Assembly: GCA_040954595.2 (NCBI GenBank)
Contig: CM082580.2
Coordinates: 9,588,390 to 9,652,389 of the forward strand
Length of the DNA stretch: 64,000 nucleotides
Reading direction: 5' to 3'
From: Balanoglossus misakiensis
Taxonomy: Eukaryota; Animalia; Hemichordata
Part shown: positions 12,678-26,100 of the stretch, one piece after another
How the letters are laid out: each line of letters opens with the position of its first letter
Numbering within the stretch: the first letter of the stretch is position 1
The notes under the pieces: generated by a model
What the model was told of the DNA's origin: nothing
The model's database searches: none
Seen by the model: only the letters and a program-made list of their open reading frames with translations
Translations under genes and position numbers: made by a program

Positions 12678-13152
12678 AAGGTCTCCATTCTGAAGATGAC
12701 ACTGCCACGCTCCACTCGTACCCGACAACTCCATCGATAAGATGACTACGAAATCAATAATTTCCGCATGAAATGATCAATTACCACATGAAAATTATAC
12801 AAGCATTACGGGAATACTGGTAATACATGCAGTTGCAGACAGTCACCAGAAAGTCAAAGTAAAGGTTAAAAGGAGCAGGTCTTTTGAGCATGAGACTGCG
12901 CCACCAGTGTCAAAAATACAACATGACTTTTGTTTTTGTTTATTTTGCTATCCTGGCAATAAGTGTAGTGTTTAGAACTGTAGTTTACCGAGAATTGTCG
13001 GAGGCTTGTTGATTCGATTCAGCATGTCAACATGACTCACCAGTACACCAGAGGGCAGTATCACAAATTTTTCCAGGATTCCTCTTGACCAGAACCAAAA
13101 TAGCAGAGTTTGAACAAATCACAAGACTCACTGCAATTGTCAGTTTTGCACA

Positions 13153-16100
13153 TTTATTACAATACTGTTACAGTATGAGAGGCACAATACTCGTAGATGG
13201 GGGTCTCAAATGTACAAAAGGGGCCGACACAAAATAAGAAAGAAAAAAAAAATACTTTCTTTTAAAAACATATACACAGTTATTATCACTTTATGAAGAG
13301 AATTAACATTTAGAATATCAGAATTTAAAATGCTTTTTTATATCATTTCTCAAAGAACTTCATCCGTGCACCTTAACTTTAAAAAAAGTCAATCCTCCTG
13401 TAGGTTTCTTGTCTCATTTATTTTTTAATTACAATATAGTGAACTAGGCACATGAGAGAAACGGAGACACCAATGAGTCTTAGACGAGTCTTGACAATTA
13501 CAAGCAGAGAGAGAGTGAAATGAAGTGGAAATGATAATATTTAAATGAAGGTCTTCCCTCAAGTAAATGCCCTTTTAGAAGTTCACGCCAACAATGGTCA
13601 CACATATCTCAAATGCCTGCAAAACATCTGGCTGAGACAATATTCCTTATTGGCCTGTGCTCTCCCCCTTCCAAGAAAGTAACTTTTTTGAATAGTGGGC
13701 GAACATCACTCATGACAAAGGCGTTCTGCCATTCATGAATGGGTCATCCCATTACATGTTGGGGGTGAGTGCATCATCCGTGGAAAACGTCTTTCCTCTT
13801 TCACAAGCTGGCCGGCCTCCACTGTTTCACAACTTCAAACGAATTCTTACTTCACAGTCCTAGAGTGTTCTCTGTTTACATTGTGAAACATATACTTGCC
13901 AGGACAAGATATGGAGCGTGAGTAAGCCCACCACAGATCAAGCCAGACTTCATTCTCATGAGGGAACATGAATTAACAAGTAACCTGTGCCCATATCAAA
14001 CGTATGAACAGGAGAGAGAAAAAAGAACTTGTATACACATCAAAAGCAGCAGACCCTGACACGTTTAGACTCTCAAAAGCCACTGAGCATGCTCAGAAGT
14101 TCAGTACGTAGAATTCCAAGAGAATGCCACAAGGCATCTGCTCAGTAATCTTAACCACAGATTTTTTTTTCGTTTTGTAATATTTCGACAAATCTACTTT
14201 TGAAAGATTTCTGAATATCAATAATTAGCCAATTTACTGGGAGTTGAAAAAAAGAATTATATATTCATGTGAATAGAATAGAGATTTTTTTTCAAAACAT
14301 GTACAGATGAAACATTGTTTTTTTGGTGACAATCCAACACAACAGGAAGCAAAAATTACAATTTCTGATACTGATTTGTCACTGAATTAAGTACTATCTA
14401 AATACAAGAAATATCAAATCTATTGATAAAATTAGACATTTTTTCGTCTGATAATGTTAACAAAGCATACTTATGTGAGTGAAACTCCTGTGTATTATAT
14501 TTTTGACACTTGTTTCTTTGCAGCCTAGCGTAAAGGCATCCCTTTCCGTCTCATTCGCATCAAGTTCATGAATCTGTTTCCATGGTGACTGTTTACTGGT
14601 GGGGAGGTCTGCCTGTAGGTCACAGCTCCTTTCCCCTACCCTCTCATAAAAACCACGGCTGCCGGTAAGTTTATACAAAAAAACACCTTCCTTTGTCCTT
14701 CTATACTAAAAAAAGTTTTTTTTCACAAAATCTTGTAAAAAATGCCGGTATCCACCACTTCTTCGAGCCGTAAAACTTCTGCACATGCAAAATTTGACTT
14801 AGATTCAAACTTACCAATTTTTTGTTATCCCTTACAATTGTCAGACTGCTAAGTGCTCTTTTCACATTATATATACATTTGTTTCTGTACAGCTTAATAA
14901 ATTTGGTAGGAAAAAGAGAGAATCTTGGTGAAGTAAACACCAAGCCACGACACAGGTCCAGTCTACAAGACAGACAACAGAATCACGAACAAGACTGCTG
15001 TATAGCCACCGATGTCCTTACACCTTACTCAGATGTACACCTTTCTCCTACCGAAAGGCAAATTTTTGAAGAATTTACATACATCAAAGCGAAGTTAGAA
15101 ATTAAGACATGCTCGTGTAAAGCACTCATGTTTGTCACGTTCTGACCATGTGGCTGGAGTTGGTCTCCAGAGGGCGTCATTTAGACAAAAAAAAAACAAG
15201 TTGGGAAGTCTGAATCCTACAGCATGTTACTACCAAGATATAAAGCGTGATGCCTACATACATTGGAACAAAACCTGCATGCTTCCATGCACTGCTTTCT
15301 CTTGTTGCCTTCTCTCTCTCTTCCTCTATTTTTATACAAAGTTTGTTCATCTAAAGACTTGACAACTTGACAGAAATAAACCATCTATTCTGAAAGTGGA
15401 AATCTCTCAATGTACTTTTTATGATATATTCATCACAAAATGATGAGAAAACCTTGCTTTAAAAAACAAACAAACTTGTCAATGAATACCTGTGAATTGT
15501 GGTTATCTAAAAAAGACAAACGCGTTAAATCTAGGACAGACACACAGACAAAAATCTACACGTTCTGCAGATTTCAGGACATTTTTTTTACATAATTGTT
15601 ACGTTTTGTTAACTTGAAAACTAGTGTGTTCATAAAGGTTTAAAGAAGAGTGTATCTCCTGGGTTGTATTTGATTTCTGGTGTTTGATCGGATTGCACTG
15701 AGTCTGGACAGGAGACGACGAGTACCGTAGTGCTATTCATGTCGTTGGTTTGTTCAAACAATTGTTTAGGGGGGAAAACAGCACCCCTGTCTTTTTTTGT
15801 TTTTAAAGTAGGCAATGCCACAACGCAGTCTTGGTCGTCGATGATGCCACAGTGTAAGATCACAGCTGTTCTTTACAAGCTGCGAGAGTGAAGCACTCAG
15901 CTGCCGGTATTTTTGGGGGGAATTTCAATTCCTCTCATGTGTGCTCCCCTCTCTCTCTCTCTCGGTCTCTCTCTGAAGGTACAAAATTTCAGTCACATGG
16001 CTCGGTTTGTCACCACAAAATAAAAAAACAAAACATAACAGAATAATCTATACAGTCTCAGTAGCAAAAAACTTCCAATAATAATAATAATAATGAAGTT

Positions 16101-17109
16101 TTCTGGTGATTTTTGAAGCAATATTTATCCGCATGAAATCTCAATTGTAAAAACAATCCAGCCTGAATTTGGGAGAGAGAAAAAAAAGGGGGGGGGGATT
16201 TAAGGAAAACGAAAATCTTAAGATAAATACAACTTCAAGAACTGTGTTACCATCAACTTACAAATTTGTACAAAAAAGCAATAAAAATACACGACGTCTG
16301 GACAACATAAACAAAGAAAGTAGACGATTAATATCGGTGAAATAATTAAGATCGATGTGGGGGGAAACCAACACAAACTATGACAGCTTTTACCTCAGAG
16401 ACTGGATGACAGTGAAATTACGAGATGTAACAAAGTCCATGTATACACATGATCATTACTATTTTAGTTTTTTTTTTTTGTTCTTTTTATAACGGGTATA
16501 CCACTTAGGGGTAACTGATGTCATGGTCACACAGAGTGTAGTAGCAGGAGAGATCAGCTCAGAAGACGAAAACGTCTCAGATCCTCGGATGTGTGTGTGG
16601 ACACGTGTACACTGAAACAACGCAATTTATAGGACTACACAGTCAGTCGGCACAGAGCCGTTGAGCAGGTCAAGAGGTCAAGGTCACATCGTGCCTGTTG
16701 CAGCTCCCGTGGGAACGCTCTCTCTCTCTCTTTCTGGGGTTGCACAATCACCAACCGGACTTTGTCGTTTATCCCATCGGCATGTATCCTCAAAACCTCT
16801 TTTTTTCCCTCTCAAGCAGACATCCTCAAAAAGTACTTCTTTTTCACCCTGGGGTGAATTATTCCAGTTGGTAATCCCTTTAGAGCAAAGTCCATTCCAT
16901 AGTCGCAGTAGTCCCAGTCCCTCTTGTTTTGTCAGTGAGGGGAGAAACGGCCGACTCAAAGTCGACTGGTTTTTTTATATTTCATCAACACGTTCGGTTG
17001 TTTTTACACTGTGTACAATTTCAGTGTTTTTTTTATACACATGCATTGGTGTTTGACATCAAGTGGGTCGAAAATCACACAAGTCCTCTGCTTGCACTGG
17101 CTGCAACAG
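13153..17109 (-). other. Probable long 3' UTR of the HDAC gene (about 4 kb)
   Basis: No coding signal between the TAA (17110-17112) and an AATAAA (+ TTTATT 13153-13158); U-rich on the minus strand. The end point is inferred and other AATAAA sites (e.g. about 13417) exist. Confidence 0.5.
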
Positions 17110-20100
17110 TTATGAGGGAGGTGTCCCCTCTTCCTCCTCCATTGGCTCAGACCTGAAACGATGTAAAAGGGGGAAAAGCTGTATTGTATAATAGTTCATT
17201 CTGACCCCAAAACAGGCTCATATTTCAACAGTGCCAGCAGCTTGGCTATAGGGGAGGGGGGAAGGGAGATGCAGTCAATACTTTTTCACCCTAATGGACA
17301 TTGTATGGCAACTTGGACGGCTGACTCAATTTAAACACAGACTTTCGAGAAGTGAATTTTATATTTTCTTTTCTCAATATCTCTGAAGGACTTTGTTGTA
17401 GCGCCTGAACCCTGATTACTCAACACACACTTACCCATCAGTGTCGGTCGACTGCACACCCATGGACAATGACGCAAGCGCTGTCACAGTGTCAGCCTCT
17501 TCCTTCTCGCGTTTCGACGCTTCTATCATGGAGTAGTTCACTGTGTTACTCCACCTTCGAACGCTCGGCCAGAATTCGGCTGAAGTGAGAGAGAGAGAGA
17601 AACACATAGATTCAAAATCACGAATAACAAAGCACTCAGATTTGCTGATGATGGCTGTTTGGCACTTCACACATTATGACTTTGCAATATTTCAAATAGA
17701 CTGATTTTCAGCAGTTTTTCTTTTTTTTCACTTGAAAATGATTACCCCAAGTTATTTTGAATGGGCTACTGATAATATTTTTTTTCTCCTCTTTTTAGGT
17801 GCCCCTATTTATTACTCTATATAAACATATCATATTAACAGTGCATCTTGTAGCCCTTGGGTGATCTATGGATGCATATAATAAGCCATTAGGGATACAA
17901 AATCAAGCCATTATCATCTTCGGGTTTATGCTCCAGGGAATTTGGTAACACGATTGAAAGCGCTGTTTTCAAGACAAAAATAATCACTGCCGAAAAGAGA
18001 AATTGTACATTGTATTTGATGTATCACTAACTATTTATAGCTCAATTCCAATTTTCAAAAGTGTGATAATTGGGATGTTTGGCAAACTGCTAAGTGATAG
18101 ATATATTTTAAACCTGCGTGAATAAATAATACATCAAAAATTGAACGTCTCCAAAGATTTGAACTACTTTTTTCGGTCTGCAAATCTGTGTGCGTGGGTG
18201 TTTGAGAGTCTGTGAAGAGCAGTCACTTACACTGAATCTTGACGCATCTTTCTATTGAAGACACAGCGTTTCCGTTCGGTATCTTGTGCATGGTCTCCTC
18301 GCTAAGAAGCGCCACCTCGTCGCCCAGCAGAGTCAACGAACACACCTCCGAGCAGTCGCAGATGGCGGCCAAATCGTAGCCTCCTTCCAGGGCTAACACC
18401 ACCCTGCCGCCGGCCAGAGCCATCAGCTTCCTGGTCATCCATCCAAAGCCTGGGGAAGAGGGTGAAACACGTCACAATTTAATTTTTACATCTCTGAGGC
18501 ACTAACAGTACATTCGCCATTGCCCAATTGAGACAGCACCAGAACATGAGTTCTATAGCAGTGTGAAAACTACAATGACGACACATTCTGTCGGATCATT
18601 GTTGGTACTTACAGGACGGCGTCACTTGGTAGCCCCCCAGCGGAGACGGGTGTCCCATTGCTGCATCAAATCCTGCAGATACTAGTACTATGTCTGGTGA
18701 GAATTCACGTGCTATCGGCATCACAATCGTCCTAAAGGTGAAATGTACACGCATCACAGAATTATATTTTGCGATATGTAATACAACTATCCCAGAGGCC
18801 AGCATATTCATAACATGTATGATAATTATGACATATGTTCATGTATAACCTTTTGACCACCATGGTTTGGTCCAAATTCATCGTTTTCTACAGTAAACTT
18901 GGATCTCAACAGAGGGAAACGGGGGTGAAATAAGGGCAGTGATAATCAATCTCTCACCTAAAGGCAGCTATGTAGTCAGCATCACCCATAGGTGGATCCA
19001 GACCACCGTGGAATGCTATATTGACGTTATAACCAAGGCCAGGTCCGCCACCACACTGTAAAATATGAACACCAGCAATCAGACTCAGTCAGATATGATT
19101 TCCGGGAGAAAACAAGGTGAAGACATGATTAAGTGCCCTGACATTTTCCTTTTGCTCCCGGCAATTGTTACCGAGTAGTAAAAATAGACACACAGCGTAA
19201 TTTCACTCGGTGTACTCATTCGATCTCATCAACAAGTGACCCAGCGGCTGATGGGGCTCCATTGTTGCGTGTTGCTAAAAAAATAATCAACATGTTTGAT
19301 TGATAGCAGATACATATCGAAAATAGAAATCACGGAAATGGTTTTTCATATTTTCAGATAATGTGACTGTTTAGACAATTCTGACTAAGGTCATTGAAAT
19401 TGACACACACACTGATATTCAAAAGGAACATTGATTAATCTTTAGGGGAGGTTTTATTTGGAATGGAAAAATACAATATTTTAATGCCTCAGAATGGGTT
19501 CTTACCTCATCAGGTGCTCCTGTACCTGGGAAAAAATTGCCATCGTCATGGCGATGCATTGATATGTATAGGACGTGTGGATCCTCGTAAAAAATCTTCT
19601 GAGTTGAGTTGCCATGATGCACATCCTGTAAGATAAAAGAGCAGACTTTTGAAATTAGAAGAAAAATACACGTCTTTTTTACAGGATTCGAACCCCGACT
19701 CACATACACGAGAAAAATCTGTCCTTAATAGAGAGGTGTCCTGATTAGAGAGGTGTCTGTAATGACAGGTTTCACTGTACATGTACACACAGCATAGGTG
19801 AAATGTTTAGGGATACATCAATTTCACCTCATATACTGAACTGTCAGAGATGCCATAAAATTGTACACCTCTATAAAACAACAACAATTCTTAGTTCGAC
19901 ATTTCAGAAACTTTCTTACCCAGTCCAGAATCAAAATCTTCTCTAATTTCAATTTCTGCCGCAGCTGTTTGGCTGCTATGGCCACGGAGTTGAAGAAACA
20001 AAAGCCCATGGCTTGGTTGGGTTCCGCGTGGTGTCCAGGAGGTCTAACCACAGCGAAGCCATTCTTGAGTTCTCCTGCCGCCACCTTGAAGGCCAGCTCT

Positions 20101-23100
20101 ATCACACACCCTGCAGCCTGTCAGTGCAATAAGGTACAAAGTGTCAGCATCAGGAGACAGCCATATTTACATGGGATGAGATGTGGATTTGATGACAATG
20201 TGCCACAACTGAACAGTCTACATAGTAGGGCATTTATTCTTTCTGTTGGGTTTTGGGTTTTAAATGTCTTGAGAGAATCCCTTGCCTCACTCAACTGTAG
20301 GTACATAACACACTGATCTCTGTTGTCAAATATACAAGAACAAATTTGACAAAGCAGTAGAACAAGACAAAACAGTACTATATAATGTTATCGGGCAGAC
20401 ATACTGACCATTCTAGCAGCACTTGACGTGTGGAGATCATTCCAAACTGTATCCGAGTCAAGTCCAAAGCCGCCACACGGTAGAACTGTAAAACTGATCT
20501 TGGGCATACCAGCTATGGTGGGGGAAAAGACATTTAAAAAGTGATATAGGGAGTGAATGGACCCTAAAATATACATGTATGTATAGGCTTTTGGGTTTTT
20601 TTCACTGCATGGCAAATGGCCAATGCACATAAAAAGAATATCCTACTTACCAAGCTTTTTACTGTCAATCTTTTGCCTGTTCAGTGGATTCGTACCATAA
20701 AATAAGGTATACCCCTCGCTGAAATCAAAGAAAGCGGAACTTAAGTTAGTTTCCCAGAATAAAGGCAAAGCCAGCTCCTTTGATGGGAGAGAAATATATG
20801 AATAAATATAGGTTCATAAAAGATCTATTTGTGATTTTTTTGTACAGTCTGCTGGGATACAGAACTTAACATCCACATCAGAATGTACAGGCCGACGTCA
20901 CTTGGGAGAAAATTTTACAAGAATACTTACTTATGACATGATTGGATTTCATCCAACGTTGCTTTTCTTGATTTGACACGCTGTTAACAGAGCAAAACAA
21001 GTCCAGGGTGACTGTAAGTTGGTAGTTTCAAACAGTTCTCACATGAAACTATTGCTTGCCTCATCATACATGTATCATCCACGGACAGCAGTGTGTCCCA
21101 ATAACCCAACAACTAATTTTGTGTTTATGCTTTGCAAAAACAAACAAACCCAGGCAATCATACTCATGTACTATCTACGGCAGACTTGATAAAATGTTCT
21201 CGTCGTGTTACCACGGAGACCTGATGATTGACAGGAGGGCCCTCTCACCTCACATCTTGATATAACTCCCGTCTCTTGGAACCTTGCCCAGATGCTTTGC
21301 AGTCTTCCGGCATGTTCCGGATGGAGGGAGTTATTCCCACAAGTACACTGGTGTTTCTGCATTAAGCTGTCGTACGCTAGCCCTGCCACAAGAGAAGAGA
21401 AGGAACGGTCACTAACAGTAACACACACTGGAGTGAGACATTGATAGTAATACATGTAGATCATTTTCTGAACTCCACAAGACCCTGCGAGATCTCGCGT
21501 CTGTAGGCAGTTTACATGGGAGGATGTTCACGTTAAAGCCCTATGGACTAATATTAGTACAGTTTGAAAATAAATTTCACGATAATTTCTCAGAAGTTGC
21601 AGCTCATGGGGCGTTAAACACAGGACAAACGACACAGTGATTTCGAAACTGACCTGTAGTAAACATGTGTTTGACTGGCTGATCCCCGGGACTGAACTGA
21701 CCGGAATCAGATCCTATTCGGAATGGAGCAGCCGGAGAGCTTTGGGCCCTGGACAGCGGTCGATGACAGTGTGATAGCCTGGTTAACGGATTCACTGCAA
21801 GGAAGAACAGAGGGATTGTCATCTAAGGCGACTTTCTCGCGTTAGAGCCAGGAAGACCTGTAGCCTCAATAATAACGCGAGAAGCAGATAGACATGTTCA
21901 CTTCACTGTTAACATCTCTTCAAACAGTCAAAAATCACTGAGCATGGACTGGACCATGCTGGTGAAAAAGAGACAATACAGACGGCCAGACCAACCTGGT
22001 ATGGATCCTGATACTGTGGCAGCTTTTATAGGTGGCTGGCGCATTTGGCCAATGTGTTGCTGTTTCTCTAAGTCCTCTTGTTCCTAAGGAAGGGACGAAC
22101 GAGAAATGTGTCAGTTAGACTTGAGATCCGCAGAGACACAAGACTACATATCACAAAATAAAGTGTGATGCCCCACCTGCAAATGTTCAGGCAACATATT
22201 AATCCAATTTTAGGATCAGCCATAAAACGTGAAACTGTTGCAAAGTGAAGCTTAATCAAAGGTACATGTATGATGTCACTCGTGATTTTCGATTTTTTTC
22301 TTCTCACCTTTGTTATTTTGTGACTTTCATCGTCACTCTCGACAGGCTCCTGCTTCACTTCGATGGCAGTCACTGCTGAAGGAGGGGGAGACGGCGTGGC
22401 AGTGGGACTCACCACGGAACCGCTCTCCAGGGGGATGTTCTTGAGAGGAGGCGGGGCCACCGGGGGCGTCTCCTTCATTTCCGCGTCCTGTGGCGTCGAC
22501 GACGACGATGCAGCGGCCGCGGCGGCCGCGTCCTCCTCCGCTTCCTCCGGACTCTCTTCCACGTGATTCTCCCGGCGTAACTGTTTACGCATTTGCTGAC
22601 ATTGAGGAATGAGGAAAAAGAAAACATTTCTATATTTAATCTGTTTCCATTCAACGATTAATACACTGGTTTCCGCAGAGGCAATTATCGATGATGTCTA
22701 CGTCACTTTGGAAGGAAAGGATGAAGCCATATCACCCAAAGGCGGAAGAAAACAAGGATGAGAAACCTGAACAGAACTCTCCATACCTGGATAACAGTGG
22801 GCCCTCTAACAAACATAATTTTTAAAAGCTTTGAGTCAATTTGAGGTTTTCTAAAAAAATTCACTGAGTCAGCCCTATACCTTTGCATGTAGTGTGGATA
22901 ATTTTCTTGAGTCACCAGTGAGTTTGTTGAGTCAGTGGTGCATCATATGGGCTAAGAGGACACACTGCTGGCTAAGCATTATGCACCTATTTTTAAGTGC
23001 CATCAAAGGGGCGTTGGGATAATCGTGAAACGGCGACTACCAGTATTTTAAAAAGTTACACAGCAACCGTAACTTGATATTTTCAATAAAATTTATTTTC

Positions 23101-26100
23101 ATGTTTACAACTACCAGCAGTTTCTTGTTGTCCTCCCTAAAAAGATGCTGAAAAAGCCAGTTTGCTATTTATCAACAAAAGACAGCCTTCAGGTATTGTC
23201 TGTTGGCAACACATGTATGAAATTCGAGCCCTGACCTAGATTCATCTGCTCTGGCCTAAATTCACCACAATGATGGCTATATATACATATGCAGGCATGT
23301 TGACAAGCCAAGTGTTCGTTCGTGTTTGGACAGTATTTTAGTGACAGCAAACAGCTGTAAAGGACATAGAGAACAAACACGAAAAGTTGCACCTATTAAT
23401 ATCACTTTAACATTCAAAACACATGACCTGTAAGTAAATGGCTGTGGAAGGGATCCCCCTTTAGGCAGTGGATGACCAAAAAAGTATAATTGGTTTGTTG
23501 GTCAATCAATTTCTTGGTTCAAGTTGTGACCTGTACTCGTATGCTGAAAGCACATGTACATGTATATATGTGACTGACTTGGTCGGGGTTGGCATTGCCC
23601 AAGTGCACCACATACCTGCTTGAGAAGCGTCTGCTGCTGCATCTGCATGTACTTCTGCTGCTTCTCCTGCAGGAACTGCTGGTGTTGCTGCTGCAGTAGC
23701 ATCTGCTGCTGCTGCTGGAACTGCTGGATGTGCTGGCTGGTTGGCAGGGGAGCCGACTGCGTTCTCCCCAGCGGCCTGTGATGGGATCTGGAATGATTAG
23801 CCAATCCAGGGGGGAGAAGACAGACATGGTACTATTACTCCACATCGACGTGACACCACAAGGGGGTTGGGAAGGGGTGATGGGGAGGGGGCGGTAATGG
23901 CGGGACTGGGGAAGGGGGAGGGGGTTGGCTGGTGGGATGGGCAGTTTTACTGTATATGGTAACCACAGGTAATGAACGCAGAACTATTCAAACTATAACG
24001 AGAAATTTTAGCACAGTGAAAGCAAACTGCAAAAGTAGAGCGCTAAACAATGCTGATATCTGTCCTAAACACAGCGATATACCAAACAACAAGTCATTAC
24101 TGATGACACAGTCCCTTCTTGTCATATGAGCGACAGACAGAACCCAACCATTCTGGTTCTCATATAACAGGGACTAACATTGCAACAACTGCCACTCGGA
24201 CTTGCAAACTACACTATAAACTACGATTTTTCAACAGTCACTATATATTGAACTAAATACGACAAAATGTGCAGTTTTTTTAAAACAGTTACTATATTTA
24301 GACACAGGAGAAACATTGCCGGGTTTTCTATTGAATAAACGGTGACAGACACGCAACATGTTGACGTTACACAGCTGGTCTGTGCAAGGACGTTTACCTG
24401 AACACTATTGGCGGGGGAATTTCACTTGGAGTGAACCACGATTTACCACACACAAAAAGAAAGAGTGCAGTTTTACACTGGTACTACAGTAAGATATACT
24501 ATGGCTGAGGTGTGCCGAGAGGGGGTTGGGGGTGGTGGGGGGAATCGGAGATACTATAGTTGCACATCAAACTATGACGCGTGCGTGTCTGTAGCGATCA
24601 CCATTTTTTTTGTCTACACAATCTGTTGTACTGTAGCTATTTTAGACACTTGTGCAAGGATGTTGCCCTACATACAGGACAGTTTTTCACCACTTCTTCA
24701 CCATACCCATTGTTTACGCTGCTTTTGAAATACGTACTCCTATTTGCATCACATTTATCATTTCACAAACAATCGCACGGAAATAATGCTTCAAATTTTT
24801 AATTCATCTGAAAGAAGGATATGGGTATTTCTGAAAAAGGCATGGTGAAGTATTTTATGTGGCGAAAGTGAGCGTCTGATTTTTTGAAAGTTTGGGATCA
24901 TTATTCGATTTCTCAATTTTTTCCCCAGCAAAATCGGCCCGAAACGAAGCACCAGGGTTAAAGGCACTAAACATCCACATCCTTGCACTTCTAAAAGGCT
25001 TACTGTGGTTCCATTTGTTCTCCACAAATTCCCTGTCCGGTCGGGAAAGTGAAAAAGCTGGTATTGGATGAAAGTCTGATCAGCACACATCAAAGCATTT
25101 GGTATTCCAACATGATGTTGACAAACAGAAAGTCGATGGGGGAGTTTACTCTCTGATGTACTCGGACCATATATATATATTTATACATCACCAGACAGGC
25201 AAGTTTCTTTGGTAAAACACCGTTTACACCACACCGGTTAAATATGTATTATTACATATATAACACTGATGAAAAATACGTTCCGACCACAACGACATGA
25301 AAAAATTCCCAGCTCGGCAGGATATGGAAGTGTTTTCATGTTTGTGTGATCTTACCGTATTAGTCTAGCATGGGCTACTAACCCACTGCTCAGAGGGCTG
25401 GTGGTACTGGTGTCAGCTGTAACTGGGATGCCTTGTATTGCGTGTGGATGGACGGCAGTTGCAAGACCACCTGGAAATTAAAAGGGGAAACAATTTAAAG
25501 CGTGGACTTGGGACGTGCGAGTTTAAAAACAATTTTGACCAACAAATGGGTGTGCCACTCAAATATGGCTACCTCTTTTTAAAACGATTAGACTAATAAA
25601 TGGGTGTGTCACTCAAATATGGCTACCTCTTTTTTAAATGATTTGACTATAAATGGGTGTGTCACCCAAATATGGCTGCCTCTCAGTACACATGATGTGA
25701 TACTCACTTGCTATCAGTGGATTGAGGGGTCCTGGGGCCATGCCAGCCTGTTCTAAAGCTTTCATCTGGGCTTGTACGTAGGCAGGATTGGTTGGTGGAA
25801 AGGAATTGTTCAGGTCAGCACCACCACCTGAAAGAGTGCAATGAATAAACAGGTAATTATAAAAGCGATAAAGTAGGGATATAACAATAACAAATTGTGA
25901 CCCCCTTCCCTCATCTAATCCAATGGGAATCACCAGTCTACTCAATACCATGTTCACACTGGTTAAAACTGGAAATGTTTTAGCGACACTATTTGTAAAC
26001 ACGTTGGGTTAATCCTTTGAGTCGCTTTGTGTCCTCACACACAAGTGTTAAAGCCTAACCATGGCAACCGATCCCATAGACAGAGTGTTGAGGATAGGTG

